Source: Jeotgalibacillus sp. JSM ZJ347 (GTDB lineage: Bacteria > Bacillota > Bacilli > Bacillales > Jeotgalibacillaceae). From it: a DNA stretch of 24,000 nt. A model generated the notes under the pieces. It saw only the letters and a list, made by a program, of their open reading frames with translations. It was not told the origin of the DNA and searched no databases. Where the stretch lies: NCBI RefSeq assembly GCF_044383825.1, contig NZ_JBISEN010000005.1:53095-77094 (forward strand). The letters are read 5' to 3'. Of the stretch, positions 23,206 to 24,000 are shown piece after piece. Made by a program: the position numbers and the translations under genes. Each line of letters begins with the position of its first letter. The stretch's first letter is position 1.

Positions 23206-23691
23206 TTGCGGAAGATGATTAAGTTTTTGTTTGTACCACTATCAATCATACTCTTCTTAACTGCCTGTAATTCAAATGAAAATGACTTTGATTTGTTTCA
23301 ATATAAAGGTTCTTATGTTGGTGACATTAGCGCAGTAGTTAATTCTATTGTTAATTTACAGGGTGCAAATCACTTTAGTGGATTAGAGCTCCACACAAAA
23401 GATGAACCATATGGGATCACTGTGAACTATGATTGGACCGAATCACAGTTAGATGAAAAAGAAACAGTGCTCAACAATTCTTCTTACTTATTTACATTGC
23501 TGCAAAATGTGGACTGGGTAAGCTTCCATTTTGATACTGAGGGTGAAGTGAATGAGTATAAGATTACTCGGAAGAAGTTACAGGAATCGTATGGAGTAGA
23601 ATTGAACGACATTGATAGCGAAGATGTACTAACGAAGTTGATACAGGATTCTTTAGAAGATGTTCAAAGTGTAAATCAGCTTTTGAACTAA
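23206..23691 (+). CDS. Lipoprotein, function unknown (possibly DUF4825-like)
   Basis: MRKMIKFLFVPLSIILFLTAC carries the lipobox LTAC. TTG start with GGGGGA 6 nt upstream. The DUF4825 resemblance (YKGSYVGD ... PYGITVNY) is from memory only. Confidence 0.7.
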   Translation: MRKMIKFLFVPLSIILFLTACNSNENDFDLFQYKGSYVGDISAVVNSIVNLQGANHFSGLELHTKDEPYGITVNYDWTESQLDEKETVLNNSSYLFTLLQNVDWVSFHFDTEGEVNEYKITRKKLQESYGVELNDIDSEDVLTKLIQDSLEDVQSVNQLLN

Positions 23692-23706
23692 GGCATGAAT
23701 TTAACT

Positions 23707-23836
23707 CCCTGTCCTAAACACAATTATGAATATTTACTTCAAATCAATTAACATTCAGAAGTCATATAGAATCATTGGTTTCACACTTCTGAATATACGT
23801 TTGTAGTGAATGTTCAAAATCGTTTTCAGGACAGGG
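23707..23836. repeat. Full-length (about 130 bp) copy of the dispersed intergenic repeat with inverted ends CCCTGTCCTAAACA ... TTTTCAGGACAGGG
   Basis: The terminal inverted repeats are 23707-23720 and 23823-23836. The internal hairpin is ATTCAGAAGT (23753-23762) / ACTTCTGAAT (23785-23794). An upstream alternative partner is ACTTCAAAT (23746-23754). Related sequences occur at 6681-6775, 9088-9132 and 16568-16609. Confidence 0.65.
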
Positions 23837-23902
23837 ATAATTTCCAAAAAAACTCCCTCTCAATATATGGAGAAGGAATTCTGTCTGGTTATAAACCGGT
23901 TG

Positions 23903-24000
23903 TTACTGTACTTCCTGAACTTCTTCAGTGTTAAAGTCAACGGTATATTCCTTTATCACCTTTTCGCTGCCATTTACCTCTTCATACACTCTAATGAAGT
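23903..24000 (-). CDS. 3' end of an unidentified gene entering from beyond the window
   Basis: The minus-strand frame reads ...FIRVYEEVNGSEKVIKEYTVDFNTEEVQEVQ*, with TAA at 23905-23903. Only 32 codons are visible, so this is tentative. Confidence 0.3.
   Translation of the reverse strand, partial: FIRVYEEVNGSEKVIKEYTVDFNTEEVQEVQ

Noticed and set aside
1-24000. CRISPR arrays, tRNA, rRNA and riboswitch/T-box leaders
   Set aside because: I saw no regularly spaced direct repeats, no cloverleaf-compatible segments with tRNA-like conserved boxes, no rRNA-like conserved stretches, and no long leader upstream of the metabolic operons. This was a by-eye scan only, and small RNAs could be missed.

Overview
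This window looks like a chromosomal segment from a low-GC Gram-positive, Bacillaceae-like organism. The basis is AGGAGG-type ribosome-binding sites, DegV, a YfcC-type carrier, MarR/MFS, MerR/SDR and GntR/GntP modules, and many rho-independent terminators. Most of it is ordinary accessory metabolism on the minus strand. One operon encodes a putative regulator, a dipeptide epimerase, a YfcC transporter and an M20 amidohydrolase. Another encodes a beta-hydroxyacid dehydrogenase, a DUF1537 acid-sugar kinase and a GntP permease, with a divergent GntR regulator. The stand-out is a strongly AT-rich insert of about 5.5 kb (about 14.6-20.1 kb). By eye it is far more AT-rich than the flanks; I did not count this. 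It sits between the convergent GntR and DegV genes and is bracketed by two bidirectional terminators. It encodes: (i) a 598-aa protein whose N-terminus resembles the DUF4365 / PD-(D/E)xK nuclease fold; (ii) a compact 371-aa reverse transcriptase on the same strand, separated from (i) by a 227-bp structured spacer that ends in a terminator-like hairpin; (iii) a 257-bp comparatively GC-rich, hairpin- and repeat-containing intergenic region; and (iv) a divergently transcribed 628/633-aa UG/Abi-type reverse transcriptase with a long helical C-terminal extension. No integrase, transposase, CRISPR array, tRNA or rRNA is present. I interpret the island as an RT-based anti-phage locus. It is related in logic to DRT type 3 (large RT + small RT + ncRNA), but it has a divergent layout and an extra nuclease-like gene that I do not recognise from described systems. 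Other observations: a small dispersed intergenic repeat family with CCCTGTCC-type inverted ends at four loci, an AraC remnant, a membrane-protein gene interrupted by one in-frame TGA, and several palindromic operator candidates.
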